Source of the DNA: an uncultured delta proteobacterium
GTDB taxonomy: Bacteria; Desulfobacterota; Binatia; DP-6
NCBI GenBank assembly: GCA_963815115.1
Contig: CAWFFN010000007.1
Coordinates: 896,001 to 960,000, forward strand
Reading direction: 5' to 3'
DNA: 64,000 nucleotides
Part shown: positions 63,339-64,000 of the stretch, piece by piece
Layout of the letters: the number at the start of each line of letters is the position of its first letter
How positions within the stretch are numbered: position 1 is the first letter of the stretch
Translations under genes and position numbers: made by a program
Notes under the pieces: generated by a model
Seen by the model: only the letters and a program-made list of their open reading frames with translations
What the model was told of the DNA's origin: nothing
Database searches by the model: none

Positions 63339-64000
63339 TCAGACCACCCTGCGGGTCCGCAGGTCCACGATCTGTTCGGCCGAATAGCCGAGCGCCTCGA
63401 GCACGGCGTCGGTGTGCTCGCCCAGCTCCGGCGGCGGGAGGCGGATCGCGGGCGGGGTGGCGGAGAGCTTGATCGGATTGCCGAGCGTGTGCCGCCGCAC
63501 GCCCTTGCGATCGGCGATCTCGAGCACCATCTCGCGATGGCGGACCTGCGGGTCGTCCAGCATCTCGGAGACGGTCGCGACCGGTCCGAAGCAGATGTCC
63601 TGGTCGGCGAGCTGGGCGACCCACTCGGCCATCGTCTTCTCGCGGAACCTCTCGCGAAACTCCGCCAGCATCGCCTCGCGCTCGGCGCCTTCCGCGAACT
63701 GCTTGCCGGCGAAGTCCGGCAGCTCGAGCTGGGTACACAGGTTGCGCCAGAAGTGCGGCTCGAGGGCGCCGACCGTGACGTGGCGCCCGTCGGCCGTCTC
63801 GTACACCGCGTAGCACGGGTAGCGGCCGGTGAGCATGGTCGCGCCACGCCGGGGCTCGATGCCCTGCCCCAGCAGGCTCATGACGTTGACCACCTGCCAG
63901 GCGACGGCACCGTCCATCATGCCGATGTCGACCATCTGGCCGGTGCCGGTCTGCTCGCGCGCGAGCAGCGCCGCGAGGATGCCGGCGACGGCCATGAGCG
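63339..64000 (-). CDS. CaiB/BaiF family CoA-transferase, C-terminal part
   Basis: GQMVDIGM, YETADGR, EPHFW, PPELGEHT. Confidence 0.88.
   Translation of the reverse strand, partial: LMAVAGILAALLAREQTGTGQMVDIGMMDGAVAWQVVNVMSLLGQGIEPRRGATMLTGRYPCYAVYETADGRHVTVGALEPHFWRNLCTQLELPDFAGKQFAEGAEREAMLAEFRERFREKTMAEWVAQLADQDICFGPVATVSEMLDDPQVRHREMVLEIADRKGVRRHTLGNPIKLSATPPAIRLPPPELGEHTDAVLEALGYSAEQIVDLRTRRVV

Overview
This is a high-GC bacterial chromosome segment. The gene content suggests Candidatus Binatia or a related Deltaproteobacteria-like lineage (inference only). The backbone carries lipid/acyl-CoA catabolism genes, acs, cysS, an MlaEFD/MCE transporter and a rearranged N-type (alternative) F1Fo ATPase operon. 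The most notable region is an ~11.7-kb satellite-like integrative element (18564-30233) in tRNA-Arg(UCG). It has a tyrosine integrase, excisionase-like HTHs, a broken primase/helicase and an IS3-family insertion. Its cargo looks like the relic of a diversity-generating retroelement (DGR): three tandem secreted C-type-lectin-fold (FGE-sulfatase/Mtd-like) paralogs with divergent C-termini, an IMH-like repeat plus GC hairpin, and a degenerate Avd gene. No reverse transcriptase or template repeat is visible in the window. Also present are a UGSC-type selenoprotein split by an in-frame UGA (46222-46764), two tRNA-Leu 3' fragments bracketing a small island with two DUF1566 paralogs, and a tandem KAS III pair with one degenerate subunit. 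All calls come from motif reading by eye; no database searches were run.
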